NCBI RefSeq assembly: GCF_000497125.1
Contig: NC_090599.1
Location: forward strand, 1,426,001-1,490,000
Direction of reading: 5' to 3'
From: Spironucleus salmonicida
Taxonomy: Eukaryota
DNA: 64,000 nucleotides
The position numbers were made by a program, and so were the translations under genes. The notes beneath the pieces were generated by a model that was not told where the DNA came from, made no database searches, and was given only the letters and a program-made list of their open reading frames with translations. Of this stretch, positions 1 to 12,756 are shown in pieces (position 1 is the stretch's first letter; every line of letters begins with the position of its first letter).

Positions 1-930
1 TACACTGGCAGTGATAAATTTCTCATTTTTAGTAATTAAGTAAAATATTAAACAAATGATGCTTGCAATTGAATTATCAAAAGCTTGCCAAGCACTTCTA
101 CCCAATTTTAATTCAGTAGAAATTGTCTTCTCAATCTACAATCTTTTTTATTTCCTAAATTAACTTGCAATTACTCCTAGTATTCCAAATCCGAAAAATG
201 CAAGCAGAGCTTTGTATGAAACATATAAATGGAATGCTAAAATAAAAATAGATATTATAGCTCCATTTTTAGTTAATTTGCGCTTTATCATTAAAAATGA
301 AGAAATATGAATTAAAATAGTCATAATAAAAACCTTATATGGAGAGTAAAATGACAAATATGTTAGTAAAGTAATTGTAAAATTATCTGATATTGCAGGT
401 ATAGACTCACCTAAACATGCTACTAATGCGGAAAATATATTAATATCACCATAAAACCATTGACAAATAATGGTCCCGAACAATGTTAAAAATACACCTA
501 ATATAGTTTTCTACGGATTTGATGGCAGTGCTTTGCTTTTAAAATAAGTAGAAAATCCAGCAAGTCCATCACCACCAATTAATGCACATAGTGACATGCC
601 AAATTTATGGTCACATTTAAAAATTGGATAAGCAATTACTAAAGCAAAATATGTTATAATTTCAAATGGGTAAGGCTTGTTATTTTTAGAGAGCAAAATC
701 GGAACAAATATAAAATTAGGTATTATTAAACAAATAAGATAAATAAATAACCCTATTCCAGGATACAGTGCTGAAATTAATGGACATTATTCCGGATTAA
801 CAAAATAATTAATGAAAACAAATCCTGTAACTATATGAGTTATTTTTCTAATATATCTTTATGGAAGCATTATAACACTAATTGATAAAACTATAATCAT
901 TAAACCAGCGGATATAAATTATTTATTCAT
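1..930 (-). CDS. Phytol/farnesol kinase-like (CTP_transf_1, VTE5/FOLK-type) domain fused to a DUF92 (VTE6/TMEM19-type) domain; 3' end runs off the window
   Basis: Code-6 translation from ATG 930: RKITHIVTG, GGDGLAG, LPSNPQKTILG, ACLGESIPAISDNFTITL (polyprenol kinase motifs), then KRKLTKNGAI...LGRSAWQAFDNS (DUF92-like). No TGA down to base 1. Confidence 0.8.
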
Positions 931-1086
931 TTTTGTTATATTAAAATAAATATATTATAATAACGATCAAGATAATTTATAATTTCTAAAATAATACAAA
1001 TTAACTAAGACTCAGTAATATAATGTTATGAAAATTAATAATTATTAAAATATACATATATAATAAATAAAACTCAATGCAGGTTA

Positions 1087-4000
1087 TCATTTATTAGAAT
1101 CTCTACAGCTTTCAGAATTTGTTGCTTATCCACCATGACCAGTAGCACTTAATATTTATTACACACATATTTACTAATTAGAAATGAAGTAGTCAAAATC
1201 CACATATTCCGAAGTAAATTCAATAGCCTTCCCTATATTAACTTCCATTTAACTTATAACATCGTATAAATGACCTTAAAATTCAGCTTTTCCATAGCTA
1301 ATAATATCAAAAACTAACTAACTTACAGCTACAGAATTTAATCTAGCATTAGACTAAACTGTGTCTGCTTCTTTAGGTACTTTTCCAAAAGCATCAAATC
1401 TGCAAAGTTTATGACCTAAAAGGGATCCGATAACATTACCATATGCAATACCCACACGAAGTGATACCAAATTTTCAAATTATGGATGCATTTTTCTCAT
1501 TGTCTCTTTACAGTCATGAATAAATCCCAGTCCTACTGCTAAAAGAATAACTATTGCATCATACGACTTTCTTAATTCTGATGGAGTTTTAAATAACTTT
1601 TATAAATGCGCAGGTAATTATTTTTCAAATGTTGCTTTTTCTTTGTAGTCTTAAGTATATATCTTTAAAGTACATGGCAATGACATTAGTTCATAAGAAT
1701 CACCAGAAATTTTAATTTAAATTAAATTTTTGGCTTTTGAGATTCTGGTATCAAATTTATGGAATAAATTATCTAAAAAGCTCATCATCTATTCGACAGT
1801 TATTGATGTTGAAAATTATGTGAAATTTGCAATATCAAGATTTAAATAAGCTACATTATCAAAATTAATAACGGGCCGTGTTTATGTTAAATTTTTTGTG
1901 TTTGGTAGAGACAAGTAGTCATTGAATTTTCGATATAATTTTACTGATATATCTTAATTTTTTTCCTCAGATAGTATAGATTAAGATTGATATTTTAGTA
2001 GTTTTTTATTATTTTCTTTAATTCCCATATTTTTTAATAATAATAAAGTATCTTAGTACTTATGTAAAAATGGAAAAGAGTGTAGTAATCTTTTTAATAG
2101 TTCTGGTGATGACGTAGCTAATAATGAATCTATAGTGATATGTGGCAATACTGATCTTAGTAATTATCTTCCGTTGTTAATTTGTTAAATAGCCTTAATA
2201 TTAATCAAAATGTTTCCAAAATATAATTTAATGAGTGGAAATAATGCAACTACAATAATTAAATAAACAACAAACATAAAAGATGCTAAGAATGTTTCTT
2301 TCTGTAAAAACACTACTAAAAATATGAAAATAAACATTGTTGTCACACTAAATGTTCTGGATATAAAAAATTATGGCATTGTAATGAATGAAAATTAAGA
2401 TATAATAAAGACAAGTATTTATAATATCTGAAGTGTTAATAATGAAATTTGAAGGTTATTAGAAAGGTAAACATTAATGTTTTAATTTAAAATAATGTAC
2501 GATTTTACGCAAAATAGTGCAAAAAACCCTAATAAATTATAGAAGTAAATTTGGCCAACACTTTTAACTTAATCATAAGATTTAATATTCTAGAATACAT
2601 TTTTCTTCTTTTGCTTTCTAATAGTTAACATTAACTGTGTTATTATAGATATGTTTGTGATTAGTATTATCATTTAAAAATATTATGGGTAATAAAGTGC
2701 ATTTTATAGACTAACTTCAATAAACATTATTTAAATTTTTGTATTGACTATATGTGAATTCATAATAATTAAAATTTCTGTAAAAGTAGAAAATGCTAAA
2801 AATAACGTGGTAATAAAAAACATCCACTGATTAGTAGACTGAATATTAATTAATAAATATGATTTGTTCTTAGAATACTATTTTTAAATTTCTGAACTAA
2901 GTGAACTAATAAGTGCAATAAATTTTAAAAATCTCTAAATCATAACTGAATTATACTAACGATCGTACGAAAAAAATAATCTTTCAAATACTTGATCAAC
3001 AGGATACTCATCACCAAAAACTTCTTAGTCTTTATTAACTTCAACATTATCTTTGGAATTATTCTGCATATTAAAAATAGGTTATTAATCCACTGGAAAT
3101 TAATACTCTTAACTGATACTCTCTGCACTAGGTTAAATTTTGATTGTGCTGGTATTAATTTCCCCTTCTAGTTAAAGTTACTCGCCAAATTTAGTTGATA
3201 AATTTACAGCAGGTTAAAAAAATGAATCTTCAAACTCAGATTAAAGCGAGTCATTTAGATGCATTGTGACAACCCCACTAAAGCTTTATGATTAATCTTC
3301 TAAAACTTCTTCATTAAATTTTTCTTGGATACAAATTTAGTCTCTTTTGAGATTAGTAAGTCTAGCCATTTCAAGGAAGTTATTAAATTAAGGTTTTAAA
3401 GCTGATGTTGGGGTATCCTGGTTTATACTCAATTAATTACTGGAATATTTTCCTGCTAATATATTACTATTCTTTTTTATAATTTCTAAATCTTCAGAAG
3501 AGGATTGGCATGATTCTTATAAATTTTAGACTTTTGTCATACCTTAAGGATCCTCATCAAGCTAAAGTTATCTATCAGCTATCATGGGAAAATTACTATT
3601 AAAAAAACAATCTGAAAAATTAGCATATTAGACTGAAATTGATGAGGGTAATTTGAATGTTGATTTTTTAGTTAATATAACACTTAATGCTGATTCAACT
3701 GGAGAGTCTTTATTAAGCATTTGCTCTAGCTCTTTAGATTAAAATGAAAATTATAATAAATCTAACAAAGAATTATTGGACTATGTAAATGATTATTACT
3801 GAACAATATTAATTAAATCATAATCATCGTTAAAATCATTTTCATCTACACTGCCTGAAAAATAATTAGTGATTAAATCTAAGTCTTATTCATCGGGTGA
3901 AGTTTATTGATGAGTAACCATTACATCATGGGTGAATGGGATATATGCTTTTTTAAATGCTATATAAATCATTTCGATAAATTATTTTTCTTTAAAAATT

Positions 4001-5325
4001 TCAATTGTTCTTATATTACCTTTACCTTTATACTGTTTAACAGTAGACTTTCCAAAAAGATAATATGGCTAAGATAACAGCAAGTATTATTTAGCTTAAT
4101 TATAAATATCACCTCTGCCTAAATATTATTTTAAAAGATTATCATCTTAGTCATTTCTATTAGTAAAATCTTTATGTTATGGAGGACAATTAATAAAACT
4201 ATCAATCGCTATATGAACTCCTCTATCTGCATTTCGTGCTATACGAGCGGCAGTATTAATGGTATCACCATAAGTATCTAAGTTTACGTTAGCTGATCCT
4301 AGCCCTAAAACCCCTACCACTATATTTCCTTTTGTGATACCACATGCACATTCTAACTAATATGCTTTTGCAACTTCTTATGCCGACAAAGCGAAAAATG
4401 TCATTAGTTTCTATTATTAGTATTGAGATGAATAAGATGTTTCTGGAATTTATCCATTCATTGACTCAAGAAAATATTATGCTCCTGTACATGCCATGTA
4501 ATAAGAATACGAAGATTTAATTTTTTAAACACCACAAATATCTGTTAAAAAGTCTAGAATACAATAGAAACTATTAATACGTGATAAATATTCAATTGCT
4601 TCATCTGATTCTGGATTTACCAAAAGCTCATCTTATGTTTTTAAATGAATATAAATGTAAATAACTTGCGGAACTATATCACACGGAAGTTCTTTTGACT
4701 ATAATATCAAAGGTAAAAGTTTTGAAGGCAAAGCATTTACAAAAGATGTCATCAATGTAGAAGCCATTTAATTCATTGCATTAATTACTGGCTATTAATT
4801 ATATATTTCTACTAGCATTTTTTGTTTTATTAACATTATCAAACAAAACTAGCTGAAAACTAGTACAATAACTAAAATAAATTCATGTGAAGTTGAATTA
4901 GCATTAAAAACTTCTGCTAATAGATAAGAAAGAATAGCAACATAAAATATTTACAAAATAAGAACAGTTTTGCTAGTATTTATAAGCAAAAATAATTATA
5001 TAATGTAAATTACTTAGGCAAGAACATCTTGTTTCTCCTTTTTCAGGACATAAAAAAGTGCAAAATCCAAAAAAGCCACCAGAAGGCTTACTTGCTGTAA
5101 TTTAAACGTTTACATAGATGGCTTAGTTTTAACCAAATAAATTATTATGACCTAGAAGAAAATTGTGATAAATTTTACAACACAAACCCATATAAAATCT
5201 AGATGGCTATTATACCGAACCGTTGAAAAATATGACAAATAAGTCTGATAAACTGCTATAATTTGCAGTACTGAAATATATATATTGTCACTAAACTCGT
5301 AAATTGCCTGTTGTATCTCCCACAT
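1087..5325 (-). CDS. Class III transmembrane adenylyl cyclase with two TM clusters and two catalytic domains, 1412 aa
   Basis: Domain 1: GVQKIKSSYSYYMACTG ... VVGVLGLGSANVNLDTYGDTINTAARIA. Domain 2: DNVAYLNLDIANFT ... KIKISGDSY ... GNVIGSLLGHKLCRFDAFG. ATG 5325 is in frame with TGA 1087-1089. Confidence 0.9.
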
Positions 5326-5378
5326 TTTTTAATGTGAAAAGGAAAGGATTGTTATATATTATACAATAATGAATTAAA

Positions 5379-6815
5379 TCAAAAAAGTGAAACTGTTTTA
5401 GATTCCCCTTTGTCTGTCTTTGCAGCCTCTTGATGTGCAAGCATACCTTATGGCACATATACATTCTTCTATACTGCTTTAGCATTTTCAATATTTAGAT
5501 TTTCCTAAGCCACGCAAACTGCCACATTTTAAATTCCCCAATCGTCGCCTCGGCGTAACAATGTCATAACCTGTAGTTTTGGAATCTCGATAGACCAAAT
5601 CTCTTTCAAATCCAATCCCCTAACACTTATTCCATTATCAACGTTCAGTCTAGGAGCAAGTGTTCCCATCAATAGAAACATGTCATTGGAGCTGAACTAA
5701 CAGTGTGTTTTGTAGAGAATTTTCTCCTTTCCTGAAATTTGAATCTGCTGATCCAACAACTTCCCAGGACCAATTCTACAAGAGTAACAAATTCCGTCCA
5801 TTCCAGCTTCGCCGCGAATTATAAACTGATTCTTTCCTAGAGTCAGCGAGTTTATATTAGTTTTATATGAGAGGGAAAGATCCGTTATAGCAACTGCATT
5901 TTAAGTCGTTTTCAGTTCGGCCATTTTTATCTGTGTTGGAATCTTATCTATGATGTAAAAAAGATGCTCAATGGTGGGTGAAATAAGCATTGTATCAAGT
6001 CCATGAACTTGTTAAGATTATAGAGATAAATTAGTTTGCTTAAACGAAATGAGGTCGAAAAGGAACAACTAGCGGGTACCGTAGTAATTATATTATTTGC
6101 TATTTCTATCTATTTCTACTTTTACTGTAGCTATAAACCAAGAATGAAGCTTCGAGTTGAGGAACACAAAGCTATCTGCTTTTTGAAGAATCTTTTTTAT
6201 AATTTCACACTAGTTTTTATAAACACGAATATAGCCAGGGTCTTATTGAGATATATAAGCAGATGCAATAACAAGTACATCTTTACAATATGTTATTTAA
6301 ATTAATCTTGGCTGCTAAGTAGGCTTTTTATCAGTGCCTTACTGTGGTGGAATAGCAGTGTGAACAATCTCTGTTTCTTCAGTTATTAAATTTAGAGATT
6401 TAATATAGATCTCATCTTAGAATGTGAATTATTCTTCATTTGAGTTAAATTAACCCACATGCTTTATATCAATAATTTTGAGGTCAGATAGAATGGAATT
6501 ACCAGATAAATCTAAAACACTATAATATGTTCTATAAATAACAGTAACAAAATTACCCTTAGGTGACAATTAAAAACTAATTGGGTTATCCTAAATTTTT
6601 ATTAAGATAGATGTATAATCATTTAAAGATGTAAATGATAATATTTCTATCTCATTAATAGATTTTAAAAATGCTAATTTCACTATATTTTCATACTTAA
6701 TTTAATGATAAACACAACTTACAGTAGATAAATCTATTATCTTGTTAATGTTACCATTATCTTATAATTATGATAAATATAAAGTTCCAAACGTTCCTAA
6801 AATAATATTATCCAT
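5379..6815 (-). CDS. EIF2A: Translation initiation factor eIF2A (beta-propeller), 478 aa
   Basis: Fully translated. FQLSPKGNFV, PGYIRVYK..KILQKAD, VEIDRNSKQYNYYGTRQLFL and THCQFSSNDMFLLMGTLAPRLNVDNGISV (cf. eIF2A TATCAPRLRVNNGYKI). Confidence 0.85.
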
Positions 6816-6820
6816 GATGA

Positions 6821-6830
6821 TGGAAAGGAA
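6821..6830 (-). promoter_or_regulatory. C-rich upstream element TTCCTTTCCA (eIF2A)
   Basis: 5 nt before the ATG; similar elements precede FCF1, dynamin, ALG7 and the adenylyl cyclase. Confidence 0.6.
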
Positions 6831-6906
6831 ATATAACCATATACTTAATATATAATAAATTTAGAAATATATTTTGGCAAAACAAATAAGTTGAACAAAA
6901 TTTAAA

Positions 6907-7374
6907 ATGACATTTTTAGACCTGATAAACACTATACCAAAAGATACACTAATAAATATTATAAGATAAAGATTCGAGATATCCTATAATACATCAGAGA
7001 ACTTAATACTTCGTGTATAAGCCTGTATAATCGTTCAGTGCTTATCTTACATCGATTTGAATGAAAAAACAATTTTAAAATTAGCTGCTAACTCATTAAA
7101 GAAACCTTTTTCGGATAAATTTTCTTTCATGCATTTTACTGCAGTTCTCTAAATGATTTTCTGCTAAGATTCATTAATGAATAGATTTTGTCCTTCTGAT
7201 TTACATGTTTAACTTAAAAAATTCGCATCCTAGCTCCCATTACTGAACGAAAGAACGGTAAATATAAGTGCATTTTAATTCTATAATAACATTAAAAATA
7301 GATTTACTGTAAATTTGATGGAATTCTCAGGTACCCCTCATAATAGTTTAGTGGAAATTTCTGAAAAGTTTTGA
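6907..7374 (+). CDS. Hypothetical protein, 155 aa
   Basis: AAAATG start, open in code 6 to TGA, fills the gap between neighbours. Confidence 0.7.
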
Positions 7375-7417
7375 ATTGTTTTATAAGTATAATATCGTAT
7401 AATTTAAAATCTACAAA

Positions 7418-7846
7418 ATGTAGCGAATTTATCCCTACGCTGACTAGCTACATTTGTTTGAGTTTCAACACTACCAAACACTAGCAAACTCAATTTCATA
7501 TGGCTATGCTATTAGTTTGTTTTATTCCCTACTATCGAATTCCACTACAGTTGGATGTGCATAAGGAAAAGTAGTTAACCCGCTAACATGGTTTATATAT
7601 ATTTTAACTGCAATTAGTGTTGTTGCTAGGTCCATTATTGTAAGAACAGTTTTCAAATCTTTTAACCCTGTATTTTTGCTATCTACGATTGTTATTTCTG
7701 TAGTGCCTGTTCTTCCACTAATGGTAATTCTTTGCTTTTTTTAGGTTCATTTAATAGATATTTTCTTAACAATTTACTATTTGGTTATATTAGTCATCCA
7801 TAACATTATTATATGGATACTGTTTTCTCGTGTGATTAAATTATGA
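7418..7846 (+). CDS. Small multi-pass membrane protein, 142 aa
   Basis: Open frame with about 4 hydrophobic segments (e.g. PLTWFIYILTAISVVA, PVFLLSTIVISVVPVLPLMVILCFF). Confidence 0.75.
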
Positions 7847-7848
7847 AA

Positions 7849-8205
7849 TCACTTTAATAACTTTATAAACTAATCAAATAGTTAGTCATCTTCCTGTTTG
7901 TACTGATGGGGGAGAAATTCTAATTTATAAATAATATTTGTCAATTAACCGTAACAAAGTTTTCTATCTCCGCCATGTTGATTCTTCTTAAATTAAGCAA
8001 ACTTAATCAAAACGTTATCTTCTTCGTTTCTTATAAGATCTGGATCTAATAATTTACCTCGTCTAACACTATTGTGAAATTTTAGTTTAATCTATTAAAT
8101 AGTTCTCTCTGGAAAATGAGGTATATATTATTACCATTGAGGGCCCATAATCTTATATAATTCATAAATCTTCTTCATGTCATCAAGTTCCCATTTTTTA
8201 GACAT
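7849..8205 (-). CDS. Single-repeat Myb/SANT protein, 118 aa
   Basis: KKWELDDMKKIYELYKIMGPQWQQYIPHFPERTIQQIKLKFHNSVRR; stop lies in AAAGTGA. Confidence 0.85.
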
Positions 8206-8328
8206 TTAATTTTATAAGGAATTATATATCCTATTAAATTGATATATAGTAATGTAATTTAATCACTGACAATTCTTTCCTTATTTATTATTTATAGTAT
8301 ATAAAACTAGTGGTATTAACAAAATTAA

Positions 8329-9225
8329 ATGTAGATTATTCAGTAATAGCAATTATAGAAACAACACTAAATATTATCTGTGTCAGAAGTAACTATCATA
8401 CTTCTTTCTACAATATTTGGTAAATAGTCATTCACCACATCACCTAATTTGCCTGCTATGACTGCTGCATTATTACTAGACCTTTAATAAAAAAGACATG
8501 TTGATCTATTCTTTTGCGTTAACTGTTAGTATATTAATATTAGATCTACATAATAATTAAGTCTCATCGAGAATTTCAGCTCAAATTTATTAGGTAGCGT
8601 TCTAGCAGTATTGCCGTCGTAAACACATTAGGTTAATGGACCATAAGGTGTACTTTTTTAAGAGTTGGTGCGAATAACTGATAGATAAGTTCCTGTATTA
8701 GTGGTTGACTTTTTATAATGTGTAAAACAAACTGTTTGGATAAATTAAGTTTTATAAGATTGTACATACGATATACAAACAAGCCTTGTCTGTAGGAATA
8801 TACTGTCCGAATCACGTTCATTTATTTTCTTTAGAAATTTTTAGATCACATAAAGTGGAGAAAAGTTTATTCTATTTATCTAGAAAAAAGCAAGATGTAT
8901 TTTAGAACAATCTTATTATGTTGGACCTGATGAGGATTTCCAAGAATTCGAGTCAGATGATAATTATTTATGCATCTATTTTGCTACTATGTTAGTTTCA
9001 GCGAACTGCTATTCAGAAATAACAAAGGCAACTAAGATTTCATCAGAAACTTTTAGTAAGTTTGAAGGAAAACTAAAAGCATTGTTGGGCTCTATAGGAG
9101 CTATTGTTCGAACACCATCACTTAAATTATAGCCTGATAATATTGAATCTAGATTTGTTTCAATAGTTGTGTCTCTTTGTGCAGCCCTAAAATAGTCATC
9201 ATTAGAAGATCTCCGTATTTTGTGA
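8329..9225 (+). CDS. GOLPH3/Vps74 (GPP34)-like protein, divergent, 298 aa
   Basis: LSVSEVTIILL..GKQSF..AMTAALLLDLQQKRHVDL (cf. LTLMEEVLLLGL..GYTSF..GLRGCMLIELALRGRLQL); PQGVLFQELVR; IQTSLVCRNILSESRSFIFF (cf. LAKNLVEKGVLTTEKQNFLLF). Confidence 0.6.
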
Positions 9226-9284
9226 ATTTATCTTTAATAGTAATAATTAAATATTATACGATAATATAAAATATTATTTCCAAA

Positions 9285-10724
9285 ATGTCCGACATTGATA
9301 ATTTCATAAACCAAATTGATACATTTACTGACTAATAACTATGCTGTCAAATCTGTGTCAAATTAGAAGATTAGATTAATGTATATATGGATGTTATCAA
9401 AGAATAGGAGAATTAAATTTATTCCCTGGAGTAATAACTTTAATCTGCAGAGGAAAAAGCTAAAAATGAACTTAGAAGTGAAGCTGAAAGACGAATTAGA
9501 GAAAAATTAATTGTACAACTTAAATAATAATTATAAATCGAGTTACGGCCGCAAATTGTTGCAGAAATTAGAACTAACTACTTAGGAGCATTATCTGCTG
9601 AGGAAAGAGAGGCTTTAACTTAGGATTTAAGAAAATAAATTTATAAATAATCATTGTTTGAAGCTAGAAATGAGCTTGAAAGTGAAGTTTAAAATAGAGT
9701 TAAAGAAGAGAAAGAGAAACTTAGAGTGAAACTGGCAGAAGTTCAACAGTTGAAAGAAAATTTAGAAAATACTTCAAAGCTGAAAGTCTTAGAAACTAAA
9801 CATAAAAAAGAAATTTAAAATATACATAATTTACACAGTCGGGAAGTTGCTAATTTGAAGGTGAATGTATAAAATTTAAAGAAAAAATAGTAAGAAATGA
9901 CTGATGAGTTAAATATCTAAAGAGAAAAATTCTTTATACAAAAAGAAACGTTAGAGTAACGTATCATTGAACTTTAAGTTACTAGTTAAACTGCAGAAAA
10001 AATGGCTAAGGACTAAATGAGCAGATCTATTTAATATGAGAATGATAGTGTGAAAGTAATATAGAACCTTCTTAGCAGTTAAATTTTAGATAAAGGACAT
10101 TTTGGATTTAATAGTTAGGTTTAATAGACAGAAAAATAGTTAAGTAGCAGTATTTTTAGGACACCACAGCATGATATTAATATTAATAAGTAGTAATAAA
10201 GTGTATCACCGATACGTGAATAAGTACAAAATCTCGAAAAATCATATGAGATTGTGAAATTAGAAGAAAAGAAAAATTAAATCAGACATATAGTGGAGGA
10301 TCATTTGGAGAATGAGTAATTGCAATAAGAAATATTTGAAAACTTACCGCCTATTTCTCTTCCAGATAATAAAATCGGAAATATGCTAGAATCTGCATTT
10401 TAATTTGTATTTGACTACTGGGACAAGATTGAAGAAAGCTACAAGCACAGAATTCATTGGATGAGATAGATATAAGAATTTATGCAAATATAAAGACACG
10501 ATTAATCACTGAAATATGCTTAGACTGAGCTTCTAAGACTAAGAGATCTCGAAAAAGCACAAGGAAGTGTATTAAGGCTAATTTAATCTCGTGAAAGCTA
10601 GAAGCTCAATAAAGAAACAAAATCTCTAAACCAATAAATTATGCAGCAAATGAGGTCTCAAATCGTGAAGTATAAAGGTATTGATTACAAAATGATCATG
10701 GAAGCAGAGAATGCTTTGGATTGA
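9285..10724 (+). CDS. Coiled-coil protein, 479 aa; C-terminus weakly resembles the CCDC87/MAP65-like helical domain
   Basis: E/K/Q heptad-rich; C-terminal YWDKIEESYKHRIHWM...VKYKGIDYKMIM. The family call is weak. Confidence 0.8.
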
Positions 10725-10778
10725 AAAATTATAAACTTTATTTTATTTTATTTTATATTTAATTTAATATTTATATTT

Positions 10779-11798
10779 ATGGCATCGATGCACACGAATT
10801 TTGACAAGCCGGTATCAGTTACTGTCCTGAAGAAGCAATTTCCATCAGCTAATAAGACTCAGGAAGAGTTGATCTCGATGATAATGCAGCTCCAAGATGT
10901 GGATTTGATGCAACAAAATATCTCCAAAATTGACGGACTGGACATGTGCTCCGAGCTAGTAACGGCCAGCCTATAGTGTAACAACATTTACGAAATAAGC
11001 GTTATCACCCTCGAGCTGCTCCCGCTGCTTAAATCACTTAATCTGGCCCAGAATAAAATCCTGTCTCTGCCAGACATTTCGATGACCAACATTGAAGACT
11101 TGAACCTGGCCTTCAATCCAATTTTCATCGACCCTGCATATCTACCAAAACTCCTGAAACGAATATCCATTTCTGGAGTGGACATCGAGCGGCGCCTCAT
11201 CTCTGCGGCGTTTCCACAGGTAGTTTTCTACGACACCACGGAGGCCCTCTTTACGCAGGTGAACGAGGTGGAGCGGGAGCTTTCACTGGCTGGAGCGGAT
11301 CCCGCCACTGACGAGGAAGTTGTAAAAACCAGAGGCAAAATGAACTCGACCAAGCAACCGAAAGTCATAAGTAAACCGCCCACACAGGGGTCAAGAAATG
11401 CTGTTATTAGGCAGGTTCAGGCTGTGAGTAAGCTGACGAAATCGAAGCCGGCAACGCCCACAATTCTCTCTAGAATCGACTAGTCTCAGTTTCAGCCTAA
11501 TGCATATCAAGAGCTGGTTGATATCGCCAAAAAATATCAGGACGCGCTAAAGGAAATTGATCAAATGAAACTTGATGCTTATAAATAGAGAATTGAAGAC
11601 ATTATAAGCTAGTCAGAGGATAGGGCTCATGGAAGTTTCATGAAAATAAAGGAGGGTATTGAATATGATATGCAGGTACTTTCGTAAAAGCGAGTGTAGT
11701 AATAATCTGTAGTGTAAAAAGACTAGTTAACATAATAGCAAATAGAAGATGAGTTAGATGCTGAGCTAGATTAATTTGATAAAGATAATTTCGAGTGA
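10779..11798 (+). CDS. Leucine-rich-repeat (SDS22-like) protein with C-terminal coiled coil, 339 aa
   Basis: LQDVDLMQQNISKIDGLD, LVTASLQCNNIYEI, LKSLNLAQNKILSL, IEDLNLAFNPI. Joins two ORF-track fragments through TAG=Gln. Confidence 0.9.
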
Positions 11799-11809
11799 AA
11801 ATTTAAAAA

Positions 11810-12646
11810 TCACATTTTTTGTATCATTTCTAAGATATCTAGCGCTTCCTATGCCTATGAAGTGACTCTATGATGTTGGTTCATCCTCTCGACATTAAAT
11901 TTCTTGTATTCTTTGACCTTGATATTTTACTTGAAATTTTATGCTTCAGAATAAGCATCTGCGACAAGAAAATCATCCTCAGTATAGTCCGGGTTGTATT
12001 CACGAACTATCTCCAACCCATTGAATCCTATTTTATCTTTTTAAAAAATTGGAATACCTGGCACCTTCTAGATATCGGTAAACTTTGCACCTTTCGCTTT
12101 CATGATTTTGAAATTTATTGAATTTTCGTATAAATCTTGCTCAATATCATATTACTTACGCTCCTCGTCAATAGTACGCTGCCGCAAAACTGCCTTCCTT
12201 GCCCTTTCTTATTCTTTCTAGTCTAATTCTATTTTTTTCTATAATTTTATGTTCTTATTTTTCTGAATTTCATCATATTTTTCTTTTAAATTCATAACTG
12301 CAATTTTGTGGTTTTCTTTGCAAACTTATTCAGCTTTAAATAGTTTCTCAGATTTTTGCTGAATAAATACTTGACGTCTATGCAATTCTGCTGCTGCGGT
12401 GTCCTCTGCTGTAGGAAGATTAGAATATGCATGTTCATATGCTAGTTTATTTAGGTATTTTTGAGCTAAAAATTATTTTTCTTTTTAAATTTTATACTAT
12501 TCCAGTTCTTATTGTTTTTAGAGCTAAATATCTCTAGCCTTCTCAGCTGCTTACATTTTATCTTCTTTTTCTTGGTTTCTTAGAGCTTTTAAGCGCTCAA
12601 TTCTAGCCTGTTTGAATCTTTAAATTTCTGTTTACCTCTTGTCCAT
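11810..12646 (-). CDS. Charged coiled-coil protein, 278 aa
   Basis: MDKRQTEIQRFKQARIERLKALRNQEKEDK...; ATG in frame with TGA. Confidence 0.8.
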
Positions 12647-12756
12647 TTTCAAACTAAATTTTATATAATGTTATATAATAAATTAAATAATTTGAAAATG
12701 ATTAATATCATTATGATATATTAATAGATAATAGCTGTTTCAATCTAATCACCAAA

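Noticed and set aside
5379-5924. Apparent 181-aa gene starting at AAAAATG 5924
   Set aside because: Internal Met; the frame is open upstream to 6815 with eIF2A motifs.
6003-6443. Plus-strand ORF including track ORF 6036-6305
   Set aside because: Antisense to eIF2A, whose minus frame carries the conserved motifs.
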